From: an uncultured delta proteobacterium
Lineage (GTDB): Bacteria > Desulfobacterota > Binatia > UBA9968
Reading direction: 5' to 3'
NCBI GenBank assembly: GCA_963847445.1
Contig: CAWJZV010000007.1
Span: 192,001-256,000, forward strand
Length of the DNA: 64,000 bases
Shown here: positions 1-10,046 of the stretch, in pieces
How the letters are laid out: the number at the start of each line of letters is the position of its first letter
Position numbering within the stretch: the stretch's first letter is position 1
The notes under the pieces: generated by a model
Seen by the model: the letters and a program-made list of their open reading frames with translations, nothing else
What the model was told of the DNA's origin: nothing
Database searches by the model: none
Translations under genes and position numbers: made by a program

Positions 1-1
1 G

Positions 2-277
2 GCCGCGGCGCTAAAGATCACGGGCACGGTTAAGTATTACGACGGTAAAGCGGACAGCGGCAATACCTTGAGCCGCGGTTTTTGCCCGGAGTGCGGCGCG
101 AGTTTGTTCGGCAAAACCAGCGCCATGCCGGATCTCGCGATGATCACGGCGGGAAGCCTCGATGACCCGAGCCTGTATAAGCCGACCTTGGATATCTTCA
201 CAACCAGCGCGCAACCTTGGGATCACATGGATCCGGCGCTGGCCAAATTTCCCAAGATGCCGCCCATCGGAGGATAG
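2..277 (+). CDS. GFA/CENP-V family protein, 5'-truncated by the window edge
   Basis: RGFCPECGASLF CxxC motif, then AGSLDDP...P...IF...AQPW typical of the GFA C-terminal half; frame open back to position 2. Confidence 0.85.
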   Translation, partial: AAALKITGTVKYYDGKADSGNTLSRGFCPECGASLFGKTSAMPDLAMITAGSLDDPSLYKPTLDIFTTSAQPWDHMDPALAKFPKMPPIGG

Positions 278-279
278 GA

Positions 280-352
280 GTTCAAATCGTTCAAGTGGTT
301 CAACCGCTTTGCTCCGTTCAAATCGTTTAACGGAGCGAAACTCGGAACTTTG
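280..352. repeat. 9-bp-period GTTCAANNN tandem repeat with short inverted arm
   Basis: gttcaaatc gttcaagtg gttcaaccg ... gttcaaatc gtttaa directly after the stop codon; same family at about 1530-1560, 6248-6335 and 58577-58667. Confidence 0.7.
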
Positions 353-416
353 ATTAGCGCGAATTTAAGGCGTGTGAGGCGCTAAGAGTAGGAAGGATGA
401 AGAGGTAAGGACGCCA

Positions 417-1525
417 ATGACACTGATCATCAACAACCAAGAAGTGGCACAGCTCCTCACCATGGAGGACACCCTTGCGGCGCTGGAACAATCTTATTTG
501 CAGCTCGCCGCCCAGGAAGCGGTCTGCCGGCCGCGCATCGACATCCGGATTCCGACCAGCGATCCGGCGCGAGAACTACCAGTGGGGCACCATGGAGGGA
601 GGATCGACCGCCGGCTACTTCGCGATCCGCATGAAGTCCGACATCGTTTATGAAAAGCGAATACAACGGCGTCGTCACGCAGGAAAAGTACTGCATGCGG
701 CCCGGCCTTTACTGCGGCCTGATCCTGCTGACTTCGGTCGAGAACGCCGAGCCGCTGGCGTTCGTCAACGACGGCCACCTGCAGCACATGCGGGTCGGCG
801 CCGACGGCGGCATCGGCGTGAAGTACCTGGCGAACCAAGACGCGGAGGTGGTCGGCATGCTCGGCGCCGGCGGCATGGCGCGCACGCATATGGAGGCGTT
901 CACGCGCGTGCGCAAAATCGACAAGCTGCAGGTGTTCAGCCCGACGCGCGAAAGCCGCGAGCGCTTCGGCCGCGAGATGGCGGAGAAATATAATATCGAG
1001 GTAAAAGTCTGCAGCCGCCCGGAAGAGGTCTACAAGGGCGCGCACATCCTGGCCGCGCTCACCGACTCCGCGGTCGAAGTGACCGACGGCTCACTGCTCG
1101 AGAAAGGCACCCACATCGTCGTGGTCGGCGGCACCGGCAAACCGGACGCCGAGAGCCTGAAAAGGGTCGACGTTTACCTGCGCTTCGGCGACACGCCGGC
1201 GCCCACCGGCCATCCCGAGCTCGCCACCGACGCCGAGCATGTCGGCTATGAGGCGCGCCCGCAGCAAAATAAATATGGCGATGGCCGCCGCGATCGGCGC
1301 AAGCACGGCAACACCCTGCCGGATCGGCGCGTGACGCTTGCCGACCTGGTTAACGGCAAGGCGAAAGGGCGCAGCTCGGCGGATCAGATTACTTACTCCG
1401 AGCGCGGCAATCTGCAGGGCGCCCAGTTCCACGCGGTGGCGGGCAAGGTCTACGAACTCGCCAAGGAAGCCGGCCTCGGCCGTGAGATCCCGACCGAATG
1501 GTTTCTCCAGGACATTCGCGATTGA
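417..1525 (+). CDS. Ornithine cyclodeaminase/mu-crystallin family protein (frameshifted near 570 and 650)
   Basis: MTLIINNQEVAQLLTM start, then LQHMRVGADGGIG, GMLGAGGMA Rossmann motif and KEAGLGREI C-terminus spread over three ORF frames. Confidence 0.85.
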
Positions 1526-1578
1526 CAGCTGTGCCAAAAGTTCCAGTCGTTCAACTTGACCGCGAAGGGAAATCGACG

Positions 1579-2622
1579 ATGGCGCTATTTCTCGCAAACG
1601 AAGACGTCCAGCAGCTTTTAACCATGGGCGATTACATAGACGCCGTGGAGAAAGCCTATCACGAACTCGGCATGGGACGAGCGTGGAACAATCCGCGCAT
1701 CCATACCTACGGACAGGCGCAAAGCGGCGCAACCCATTTTCTCAAGGTTTTCACCGGCACCGTGCCGGCCCTGGGCTATTCGATTCTGCGCATCGACTCG
1801 ACCATGGAGCGCAACGAAAGCGGCCACGAAACCAGCCGCAAAATCGGCAACCGCAACATGGGCTGGCTGCTGCTATTTTCAGTGGAGACCGGCCAACTCG
1901 AAGCGATCATCGAAGATCGCGCGCTGCAACGCATGCGCGTTGGCGCGATGACCGGCATCGCCGCCAAGTATCTTGCCAAAAGCGACAGCCGAACCATCGG
2001 AATTTTCGGCTCCGGCACCCAGGCCGGGCCGCAACTGGAAGCACTCTGCAGCGTCATGAAAATCCAGCGCATCAAAGTCTACAGCCCGACGGTAAAGAAC
2101 CGTGAAAACTTCGCCGCCAAGATGACCCATGCGCTTGGCACCGAGGTCACTGCGGTGGATTCACCGCGGCAAACGGTCACCGGCTGCGATATTGTCGTGG
2201 TCGCGACCAACTCGAACGAACCGGTCTTCGACGGCCGCTGGTTGGAAGCAGGCAGCTATGTAAGCTCCATCGTCAACAGCGATAAGGTGCTGCGCCGCCG
2301 CGACCTCGACGACGAAAGTTTCCGCCGCGCCGCGCTGATCGTCGTCAGCGCGAGAGACCAGATCAAAAACGACGAACCGATCTGGCTGACCGAAGGCTTG
2401 GAACGGGGCGCGGTGAGTTGGGACAGAGTTTGGGAAATCGGCGAACTGGTCTGCGGCAAAGCACCGCGGCGAAGCGACGACCAACAAATCACCATCCTGA
2501 AAAACAACGGACTCAGCGTTCAATTCGCCGGTGTCGGCGCCGCGGTGATGAAACGAGCCAAAGAACGCGGGCTCGGCAAAGAGCTGCCGGCGTTTATGTT
2601 CGAGCAAGCTTACCGGACATGA
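1579..2622 (+). CDS. Ornithine cyclodeaminase/mu-crystallin family protein
   Basis: MALFLANEDVQQLL start after GAAGGGA RBS; LQRMRVGAMTGIAAKYLA, GIFGSGTQA, VATNSNEPV, KERGLG. Confidence 0.9.
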   Translation: MALFLANEDVQQLLTMGDYIDAVEKAYHELGMGRAWNNPRIHTYGQAQSGATHFLKVFTGTVPALGYSILRIDSTMERNESGHETSRKIGNRNMGWLLLFSVETGQLEAIIEDRALQRMRVGAMTGIAAKYLAKSDSRTIGIFGSGTQAGPQLEALCSVMKIQRIKVYSPTVKNRENFAAKMTHALGTEVTAVDSPRQTVTGCDIVVVATNSNEPVFDGRWLEAGSYVSSIVNSDKVLRRRDLDDESFRRAALIVVSARDQIKNDEPIWLTEGLERGAVSWDRVWEIGELVCGKAPRRSDDQQITILKNNGLSVQFAGVGAAVMKRAKERGLGKELPAFMFEQAYRT

Positions 2623-2875
2623 AAACCTCGACCCCTGAGTCGGACCATGGGAAATCTGCGGTCGTGCCTCTGGTAATGATTAACTTATTCACGTGCGGCG
2701 ATGTCTCCAACACGTTGCATCCAACAACTCGATTAATCTAATTAACTGTTCGCCTGCCCGCCGTATCAGACTGAAATTATCGGGTCGCATCCTGCATTGC
2801 GAATCAACCGGCGCCAACAAAACCTGTCGCCGGAACTTCTCGCTTACAGCTGCCTATTGCCTGCTGCCTATCCTC

Positions 2876-3910
2876 CTACTTCGCCTCGAGTATCTGTTTC
2901 ACTCGACTCACGACGGCCGGCTCGATTTCATACAATCCGTTCACCATCTTTTCTATGCCTGCTCCATCGATCGGCTCGATCTCGAGCTTGGCCTTTTCCG
3001 CTTCGGCGAGAAACTGCGGATCTTTCAGAGTGCTGACGAAAGCTTTTTGCAGTATTCGTAGTCGCTGTTCGGGCACTCGCTGGCGGCAGCGAATAGAGTC
3101 TCTGTTTGCCGTAAAGCTCGGCGGCGATGCGCAGGAGTTTTTTCCCTTCGTCGGTCTTGGCGTAATCGATGGCGAGAGGGACACCCTTGAGCTCGGGATG
3201 AGGCTCGAGCATCGTCTGAAGCACGACATGAATCTGTTTGGCCTTCAGCGAGTTGGCCCAAGTCACCTTCGCCGATTGCCAGCCAAAGGCGCAGGTGCCG
3301 TCGACTTCGCCGGTTTCCGCGGCGATCCTGATGTCGGCGGTGCCCTTGTAGCCCTCGATCAACTGCAGCGGGAAATCCGTGGCGGCGGCCAGCAGCTTGG
3401 TGTCGTCGGTGCCGCTGGTGCCGGGGCCGATCGCCCCCAGCTTCACCCGTGTTTTAGCCTTGCGCCAATCCTCCGCCGTTCTGATGCCGCTGCGTTCGGT
3501 GGTGATGCACACCAGCGAGTCCGCCGTCGGCATGCCGATCCAGCCAAACTTGCGCCCCTCGAAGAGCACCGCCGGGTTGCCCATCATGTGCTGTAAAATA
3601 AGCGGGCCGGACCAATGGCCGATGACCGTGCCATCGCGGGGCGCGCTATTGATAGGTGTAATTCGCCGCGATCAGCATCGCCGCTCCCGGCATATTTTGC
3701 ACGATAGTGGACGGTTTGCCGGGAACGTACTGCGGGAAGTGGCGCGCGATCAGCCTGGTGTAGGTATCGTAGCCGCCGCCGGCGGTGCCGCCGACGACGA
3801 ACTGGATGGTTTTGCCTTTGTAGAAGTCCTCGACCGAGGCAGCCCGCGCCGAGACCGGCAATACCGAGATAATAGATCGGCAGCAAAAATACGCCGAGCG
3901 CTTTCGCCAT
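2876..3910 (-). CDS. Bug/TctC family tripartite tricarboxylate transporter substrate-binding protein (frameshifted)
   Basis: FYKGKTIQFVVGGTAGGGYDTYTRLIARH, QNMPGA, GYKGTADIRIAAETGEVDG across three ORFs. Confidence 0.85.
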
Positions 3911-3991
3911 GCGACCACCTCCGTTGGTTTGGCTATCGTCGCGGAACGTAGTTTGTCCGCTAGGCTCCTGTCAAGCGTTCCGACGCTTGGG

Positions 3992-4112
3992 TAGTGGTTC
4001 GATTTTAGGTTCAACGACGGATTGACGTAGGGGCAGACCCGCGTGTCTGCCCTCTCGGACGGGCGACCACATAGGCTCGCCCCTACCAATTTTTTGTGAA
4101 TCTGAACCATTA
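3992..4112. mobile_element. MITE-like element with TA ends carrying a GTAG-type REP doublet
   Basis: Imperfect terminal inverted repeats TAGTGGTTCGATT / AATCTGAACCATTA; internal GTAGGGGCAGACCCGCGTGTCTGCCC...GGGCGACCACATAGGCTCGCCCCTAC at 4027-4086. Confidence 0.6.
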
Positions 4113-4398
4113 CGAAGTTTGGCTAAGCTCCCGGCTTTCGATCGTTTCACGTTTCGACAAATTTCCGCCGCGTCAAACTGCCCGGCAAATTCACATCGTC
4201 GCGAACGGTTGGTAAGTCTGGAACGTTGCTTCTGTTGACTAATGCCTGTTGCCTCCTTGCCATAACCAGCGCATCTCTCGGCTTGGGCATATAGCGCGAA
4301 CTTGCCGACGGGGTGAAATCCGGCTAACGTTCTAACTATGTTAGTTTGGTCTTCAGTGCTAGAGCATGCCTCCCAAGCGAGCGTGTAGGAGTCGTCCT

Positions 4399-4638
4399 AT
4401 GTCCAACGAAAGCTTACTGTCCCGAATCACTGTGGATCCGGAAATTTGCCACGGCAAGCCTTGCATACGAAATATGCGGTATCCGGTTGAGACGATTCTG
4501 GAATACCTTGCCGGTGGTGACACGATAGAAAGTCTACTAAAGCAGTTTCCGGATCTGGAGCGCGAAGATATCCTTGCTTGTCATGAATTCGCGCACCGGA
4601 TGTTAGTTGCCAAAACCATTCACTTGCCACTCACATGA
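4399..4638 (+). CDS. DUF433 family antitoxin-like protein
   Basis: RITVDPEICHGKPCIRNMRYPVETILEYLAGG...FPDLEREDILAC; AGGAG RBS; ATGA overlap with the next gene. Confidence 0.9.
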   Translation: MSNESLLSRITVDPEICHGKPCIRNMRYPVETILEYLAGGDTIESLLKQFPDLEREDILACHEFAHRMLVAKTIHLPLT

Positions 4639-4988
4639 AATTTCTCGTGGACGCGCATCTACCGCCGAGCCTCTGCGCGGTGTTGGCGCGACACGGCCAC
4701 GACGCGATCCACACGCTGGATCTTCCGGCGAAAAATGCCACGAAGGACGCCGTCCTCAATCAGATTTCATTGGACGAGCGCCGTGTCATTATCTCGAAAG
4801 ACTCCGACTTCTTTTATTCCCATTTGGTTTTAGGCCGGCCCTGGAAGCTCGTCTTGGTCAAGACCGGAAACATGTCCACGGAAGATATATGTTCTCTTTT
4901 CGAGCGTCACTTGTCGGCAGTAGAAGCCGCATTGGAACAACACACACTCGTAGAAATTGATCGAGCTACCGTAACGCCGCAATTGTAG
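4635..4988 (+). CDS. DUF5615 PIN-like toxin (VapC45-like)
   Basis: MKFLVDAHLP...GHDAIH...D...RVIISKDSDF PIN-like acidic motifs; coupled to DUF433. Confidence 0.9.
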   Translation: MKFLVDAHLPPSLCAVLARHGHDAIHTLDLPAKNATKDAVLNQISLDERRVIISKDSDFFYSHLVLGRPWKLVLVKTGNMSTEDICSLFERHLSAVEAALEQHTLVEIDRATVTPQL

Positions 4989-5017
4989 AACGATAAAAAT
5001 CGCCGCTCTCTATCATC

Positions 5018-5104
5018 CTATTTCGCCTCGTGTCTCTGTTTCACTCGACTGACGACGGCGGGCTCGATTTCGTACAAACGTTTCACTAGCTTTTCGATGC
5101 CCGC
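5018..5104 (-). pseudogene. 87-bp remnant of the 3' end of a TctC-family gene (paralog of 2876-2962)
   Basis: Translates AGIEKLVKRLYEIEPAVVSRVKQRHEAK* versus AGIEKMVNGLYEIEPAVVSRVKQILEAK* (23/28 aa identical, same length). Confidence 0.85.
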
Positions 5105-5250
5105 TTTTTTGCGCCGTCGCGGATTTGCAACCGGCGGCCGACAGCAGGTAAAACAAATAATGTAAGTCTGGCATGATGTCGCATGGTTAAAATTTCCTGA
5201 GACTCTGCCGGATAGTCACTGTATCCAGGCAAAATTTATCGGAGGACACG

Positions 5251-6237
5251 ATGCTCGGCCAATCTCTCGGCGCGGTCGCTTGTTTAGTTGTGCTTTTGCT
5301 GCAGACGCCTGCGGCAGCCCAGGAGCGGGCCAAAGTGTTTCTTGGCGCGTCGAGCAAGACGCTGGGATACAGTCCGCTTTGGGTCGGCGCCAAGCGGGGA
5401 TTTTTCGAACAACAGGGACTCGACGTTCAATTGCTGCTGCTGCGCGGCGTGCCGATGACCTTGCAAGCCTTGGCGGCGGGATCGTTGCAAATCGGCTCAG
5501 GCGGACCCGAGCCGTATATCGAAGCCAGCGAACGCGGGCTGGATTTCGCCATCGCCGGCGGCATCATCAATGGCATGGCCCAGGTGCTCATCGCCGGGAA
5601 AAACTACAAGACCGTGGAAGATCTCCGCGGCGGCACCATCGGCGCGTCCTCCTTGACCAGCGCCACGGTGACCGCGTTGAAGGAAGCTTTGAGACAGAAG
5701 GGCCTCGAATACCCGCGCGATTACAAACTGCTGATCGTCGCCGGCGGCTCGGCGAGCAATCTTTCGGCAATGCAGTCCGGCCAGATTACCGCAACCACGG
5801 TGGCGGTGCCGCTCAATCATGCCGCCGAGGAGCTGGGCTTCAATACCCTCGGGCGGATCATCGACGCGGTTCCCAATTTTCAGGCCGCCGCCATCGCCAT
5901 AAGGCGCTCGTGGGCGGCAAAAAACCCTGCGGTGATGGTCCGCTTCATGAAAGCGATGGTCCAATCGCACCGCTGGCTGCACGACAACCGCGACGCCGCG
6001 GTGGAATTTATCTCCAAGGAAATGCAGCTCAAACCGGCTCACGCCCTCAAGGGCTGGGAATATTACACGCAGAATCGGCTTTGGCCGGTGGACGGCGGAC
6101 CGAACATCGAGGGCATGAAAAATAACCTGCGCGTCTACGCCGAACAAACCGGGGCCAAGGGACCGCCGCCCGATGTCCGCAAGTTCGTCGAACTGAGTTA
6201 TCTGACCGAAGCGTTGACGGAGTTGGGTAAACGCTAG
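5251..6237 (+). CDS. ABC transporter substrate-binding protein, NMT1/SsuA-like
   Basis: Signal peptide ending AAAQ; PLWVGAKRGFFEQQGLDV, DLRGGTIG, VRFMKAM; GGAGG RBS. Confidence 0.85.
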   Translation: MLGQSLGAVACLVVLLLQTPAAAQERAKVFLGASSKTLGYSPLWVGAKRGFFEQQGLDVQLLLLRGVPMTLQALAAGSLQIGSGGPEPYIEASERGLDFAIAGGIINGMAQVLIAGKNYKTVEDLRGGTIGASSLTSATVTALKEALRQKGLEYPRDYKLLIVAGGSASNLSAMQSGQITATTVAVPLNHAAEELGFNTLGRIIDAVPNFQAAAIAIRRSWAAKNPAVMVRFMKAMVQSHRWLHDNRDAAVEFISKEMQLKPAHALKGWEYYTQNRLWPVDGGPNIEGMKNNLRVYAEQTGAKGPPPDVRKFVELSYLTEALTELGKR

Positions 6238-6247
6238 CACTCCGGCT

Positions 6248-6335
6248 CGTTTACGACGTTGCACCGCTGCGCTCCGTTCCAGACGTTCAATTCGTTCCAA
6301 ACGTTAAGGCGCCTCGCTTGGGTCCAAACGTTGAG
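6248..6335. repeat. 9-bp-period GTTCCANNN tandem repeat
   Basis: gttgcaccg ctgcgctcc gttccagac gttcaattc gttccaaac gttaa just after the stop codon. Confidence 0.65.
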
Positions 6336-6530
6336 CCATACTGCGGCCCGTTCAACTGGGTCGGCCAGCTCAGTATGAAAATGGATTTACTCTGCGACCT
6401 TCCGTTGCAGCGTTCAAATGCTTAGCTCCGGTCGAAATGCTCAGCTAATTTGCTAAGATCGGAAAACAGCCAGCACCGCGATGACTACCTTTAACAATTT
6501 GCCCCGCCGGACGCGCGCAGCGAGCGCGGC

Positions 6531-7834
6531 ATGATCGATACCCTTGCCGCTGAAAAATCCGGGAAAAAGCGTGGGATTTTTTTCGGCTGGTACATGGTTG
6601 CCGCGAGTATCGTCGACCAACACGATCTTCTCCGCCGCCTATTTCCAGGGCTTCGGCGTTCTGATGATCCCGATCGAACGCACCTTCGGCTGGGACCGCT
6701 GGGTGATTTCAGCCGCCATGTCGCTGCGCCAGTTGGAGTCCGGCATCGTCAGTCCCGCTGTCGGCTTCCTGCTCGACCGCTACAGCGCGCGTAAATTGAT
6801 TTTCTGGAGCGCCGTCATCTCGGGCGTCGGCTTCATCGGCCTCGGCTTCACCACCGGCATCGTCACCTTTTTTGTCTTTTTCGTGGTCATTTCCCTGGGC
6901 GCATCCGGCGTCAGCCACGCGGTTACCTGGCCGGTGATCATCTCGCGCTGGTTTCGCCGCAACCGCGGCCTGGCCACCGGGCTGGCGGTAACCGGTCCGA
7001 TCTTCGGCTCGCCCCTCGTCATACTGAATACGCAGATCGAGGACGCGTACGGTTGGCGCGTCGTGCTCTTCGGCTACGGCATCGTGATCCTGGTCGGCGT
7101 CACGCTGCTCAGCATGGTGGTGCGCGACCGGCCGGAGCCCTACGGTTTGCGGCCTGATGGCGACCCGCCGGAGGAGGGCGCGTCGACGGAACGCCCTAGC
7201 GGCCCATCGCCCCGCCGAACGAATGCCGGGCTGACGCTGCACGCGGTGTTCCGCACCAAGGAGTTCTGGCTATTCACGAGCTACTTGTCGGGTACCTTCG
7301 CGGTAAACTCCGCGGTCCAAGTCCACATGATTCCCTACTTCCAGCAAGATCTCGGATTTACCGCGACCTGGGCGGCCGTGGTCATGTCGATCGTCTTCGT
7401 CATCAGCGGTATCGGGCGCATCGGCGGCGGCTATCTGCTGGACCGGATGGACTATCGCGTCGTCCTGGCCGTCGTCGCCGCGATGATGGGCTTTGCCTTG
7501 TTGTACCTGCAGGTCGTGCCGGTCAATACGGTCACGGCGACATTGCCCTTCGCGCTGCTGTTCGGCGTCAGCTTCGGCTGCCTGGTTCCCATGCGCGGCG
7601 CCGTCGGCAGCATCATGTTCGGCACCCGGACCATCGGCGGAGTCTTGGGCCTGTCTGCAAGGAGGGCCGATCGCGGCGGGAGTCATCGGCCCCTTCGTCA
7701 TGGGTATCATCTTCGACCTGGACGGGAATTATTCCACCGCCATCTGGGGACTCGTCGTCATCAGCGCCCTGATGATGCCGGTGTCCCTGGCCATGGCCTC
7801 GCCCGCCGAGTTCGCCAAGCGCATTGCTCAGTAG
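6531..7834 (+). CDS. MFS transporter (frameshifted near 6615 and 7655)
   Basis: IFFGWYMV start, FGWDR, GFLLDRYSAR motif A, ISRWFRRNRGLATG, many TM helices. Confidence 0.85.
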
Positions 7835-7837
7835 CAA

Positions 7838-7965
7838 GCAGGCTGCTGAAAAAGACCCATAGGCTTCGTTGCGCTCGATCGCCTCGCGTCAACGTACTGC
7901 CGATGTACGCCTCCGCTCGGCGATTTTTCACGCGCCTAGCCTCTGGATCTTTTTGAGCAGCCTGC
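7838..7965. mobile_element. 128-bp MITE with 17-bp terminal inverted repeats
   Basis: GCAGGCTGCTGAAAAAG ... CTTTTTGAGCAGCCTGC (1 mismatch); no coding capacity. Confidence 0.7.
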
Positions 7966-8019
7966 AAGAGATTGTTTTCAGCACCTGGCGCAGCGGCGCC
8001 CGCAACTGAAAAGAAGAAT

Positions 8020-9000
8020 AGCCGCAAAGAACTTAGCGCAGCAGAGCCGCAACCAAATAGGAAAGAGTTTTCACCACGAAGTGCTTCATGAGCTTACGCT
8101 CGTCTACCGAGCATGAAAATACCGGAATCCCCCTCCCGGGGTTCATTCCTTAGATTCGTCATGCCGGCGCAGGCCGGCATCCAGGGGCGGTAGGGGAGAT
8201 GGATACCGGCCTGCGCCGGTATGACGGAACAGAGGGTCGTTATCGATGCGCAGATCATCGCTGCACGTGTATTTTCGAAGGAGGTCCTAGCGCGGCACAG
8301 CCGCAACCAAACGGGAAAGAGTTTTCACCACGAAGGTCCTAGCGCGGCAAGCCGCAACCGAAACTCGGAATATCTCTCGCAAAGACGCAAAGGCCGCAAA
8401 GGCCGGAAAATAACGGTGAATAAATGCTTCAAGATAATTCATCTCTCCCTCCGAACTTGGCGAGCTTTGCGTCTTTGCGAGAGTCAATCCCATGTTCCAG
8501 TATTCCCGGCACCGGAAAATTTGCGCAGACGGAGACAACTATTCAACATAGTAGTACGAAGGGTTCGGAAAGTTATTACTCCGAACTTCGTGCTCTTCGT
8601 GTCCTTCGTGGTGAGATTAAATTTCTTCATTGAGCACGGCAACTTAGGAGTACCGGTACGGAAAATTTGCGCAAGCTGCGCAAACAATCACGGATAGTAG
8701 CACAGGCTTTTCCCCAGACCCGGCCGGGGAAACGAGGTTCGCCTTTCGGCGAATAGCCGCAATCGAAACTCGGAATATCTCTCGCAAAGGCGCTAAGCTC
8801 GCAAAGGTGACGGGCGATGCCCGTCAACCCGAGGGAACACGTGGGATCTAAGAAAGATTTCTCCTTTAGGTCGAAATGACATCCCCTCCGAACTTGGCGT
8901 CTTTGCGCCCCTTCGACGTTGCTCAGGACATGCTTGGCGAGAGGAATTTCCGAATCCGAGAATCTTCGACTCCCGGAATTTTAAAGCCGTACGCTATGAC
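8020..9000. repeat. Nested cluster of non-autonomous elements, REP palindromes and CACGAAG/CGCAAAG inverted arrays
   Basis: Three TAGCGCRGCA(G)AGCCGCAACC left ends (8033, 8287, 8339), two GAAAATTTGCGCA...ATAGTAG right ends (8554, 8700), REP doublet 8158-8226, further palindromes about 8822-8935. Confidence 0.8.
8082..8283 (+). mobile_element. Element Y copy 1 (about 200 bp, hairpin left end, internal REP doublet)
   Basis: Follows CCACGAAG; TGCTTCATGAGCTTACGCTCG...CATGAAAAT ... CACGTGTATTTTCGAAGGAG; homologous to 14557-14760 and 16299-16490. Confidence 0.75.
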
Positions 9001-9362
9001 AAACATGTTGGTGTTAGTTTTTGGATAGCAATGCAACGAAAGCTAAGTTGAATTCTTCTAGTCGCGTCCCGATGCAGATCAGAGACCAACGCGCTGCCCT
9101 AAACTGGTTTGACATTATCGCGTTACCTTTGGTACAGGCCTGATGCAGTAAGCGCCTCACAGATGCGATCATGATCGACGAGGGGAAACGTCATGTTACC
9201 CCGAAGCGCACTTCCATCAGACTTGTTTGAAGCCAACCGCTGCGGCAATGTTTGGCGCCAGAGTGTGCTGGCAGATTTATTTGTGAAATCCGCCGTTAGC
9301 AGAATTCTTAGTTTCTCGTTGGCCGTGCCTCAGTGGCGATTTTTCTGAGAGGAGAACAATCT

Positions 9363-10046
9363 ATGCCTCCGAACACGGGCAACCGGCAGTTCGTCGACTC
9401 CGTAATCAGGGAGATCATCCAGCCGGGCATGGACCGGCTGATGGAGAGCCGCTACTTCTCCGACCTGCGAGCAGGCAAGCTCACCACCCGCCGGATCCAA
9501 GGCTTCGCCTTGCAGCACTACATCCACAATATGGGCATTCTCAAGGCGTTCGCCCTTGGGGCGACCCAACACGCCGCCGATGACCGGACGTTTACAGCGT
9601 ACGCCACCGCGATGGGCGAGGAACTGACCCATCCCAACATGTGCAAGACTTTGGGCTTCTCCTTGGGACTCACGGAGACCGACTTCGACAAGGCCGTGCC
9701 GGTGCGCGGCGCCCTGGTGCACACAGCGGTGTGCATTCACGGCATATTCCTGGTGTCCGTCGCTGAGATGCGTGCCATGGCGCTGTCCAACGAGACGATG
9801 GTGCAAGGTTACGCCACAGAGTTCGACGAATACCTGGCGAAGGAACCATACAACATGTCGGAGCAAGCCCGCGAGTTCTTCATCGTTCACAAGGGCGCCG
9901 ACGTCGAGCACACCGAGCGCTCGGCCGCCGCCATCGCGGCGAGCGCGACCAGCGACGAGGATCAGGAGAAGGTTCGGACGATCTGCCGGAACATGGCCGG
10001 GTTCAAGCTCGGCAAGTTCGACAGCATCTACGACGAATACGCCTGA
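9363..10046 (+). CDS. Heme-oxygenase-like diiron protein (PqqC/CADD/TenA superfamily)
   Basis: EELTH, NE and FFIVHKGADVEH (H-x3-D-x2-H) metal-ligand pattern; helical composition; GAGGAG RBS. Confidence 0.75.
   Translation: MPPNTGNRQFVDSVIREIIQPGMDRLMESRYFSDLRAGKLTTRRIQGFALQHYIHNMGILKAFALGATQHAADDRTFTAYATAMGEELTHPNMCKTLGFSLGLTETDFDKAVPVRGALVHTAVCIHGIFLVSVAEMRAMALSNETMVQGYATEFDEYLAKEPYNMSEQAREFFIVHKGADVEHTERSAAAIAASATSDEDQEKVRTICRNMAGFKLGKFDSIYDEYA

Noticed and set aside
8094-8827. ORFs 8094-8306, 8221-8697, 8287-8538, 8424-8633 and similar ORFs at 24346-24676
   Set aside because: They are translations of the repeat elements, with no RBS or family motifs.
8020-9000. CRISPR array
   Set aside because: Repeats are nested and inverted with irregular spacing; there is no constant repeat-spacer period and no cas gene.
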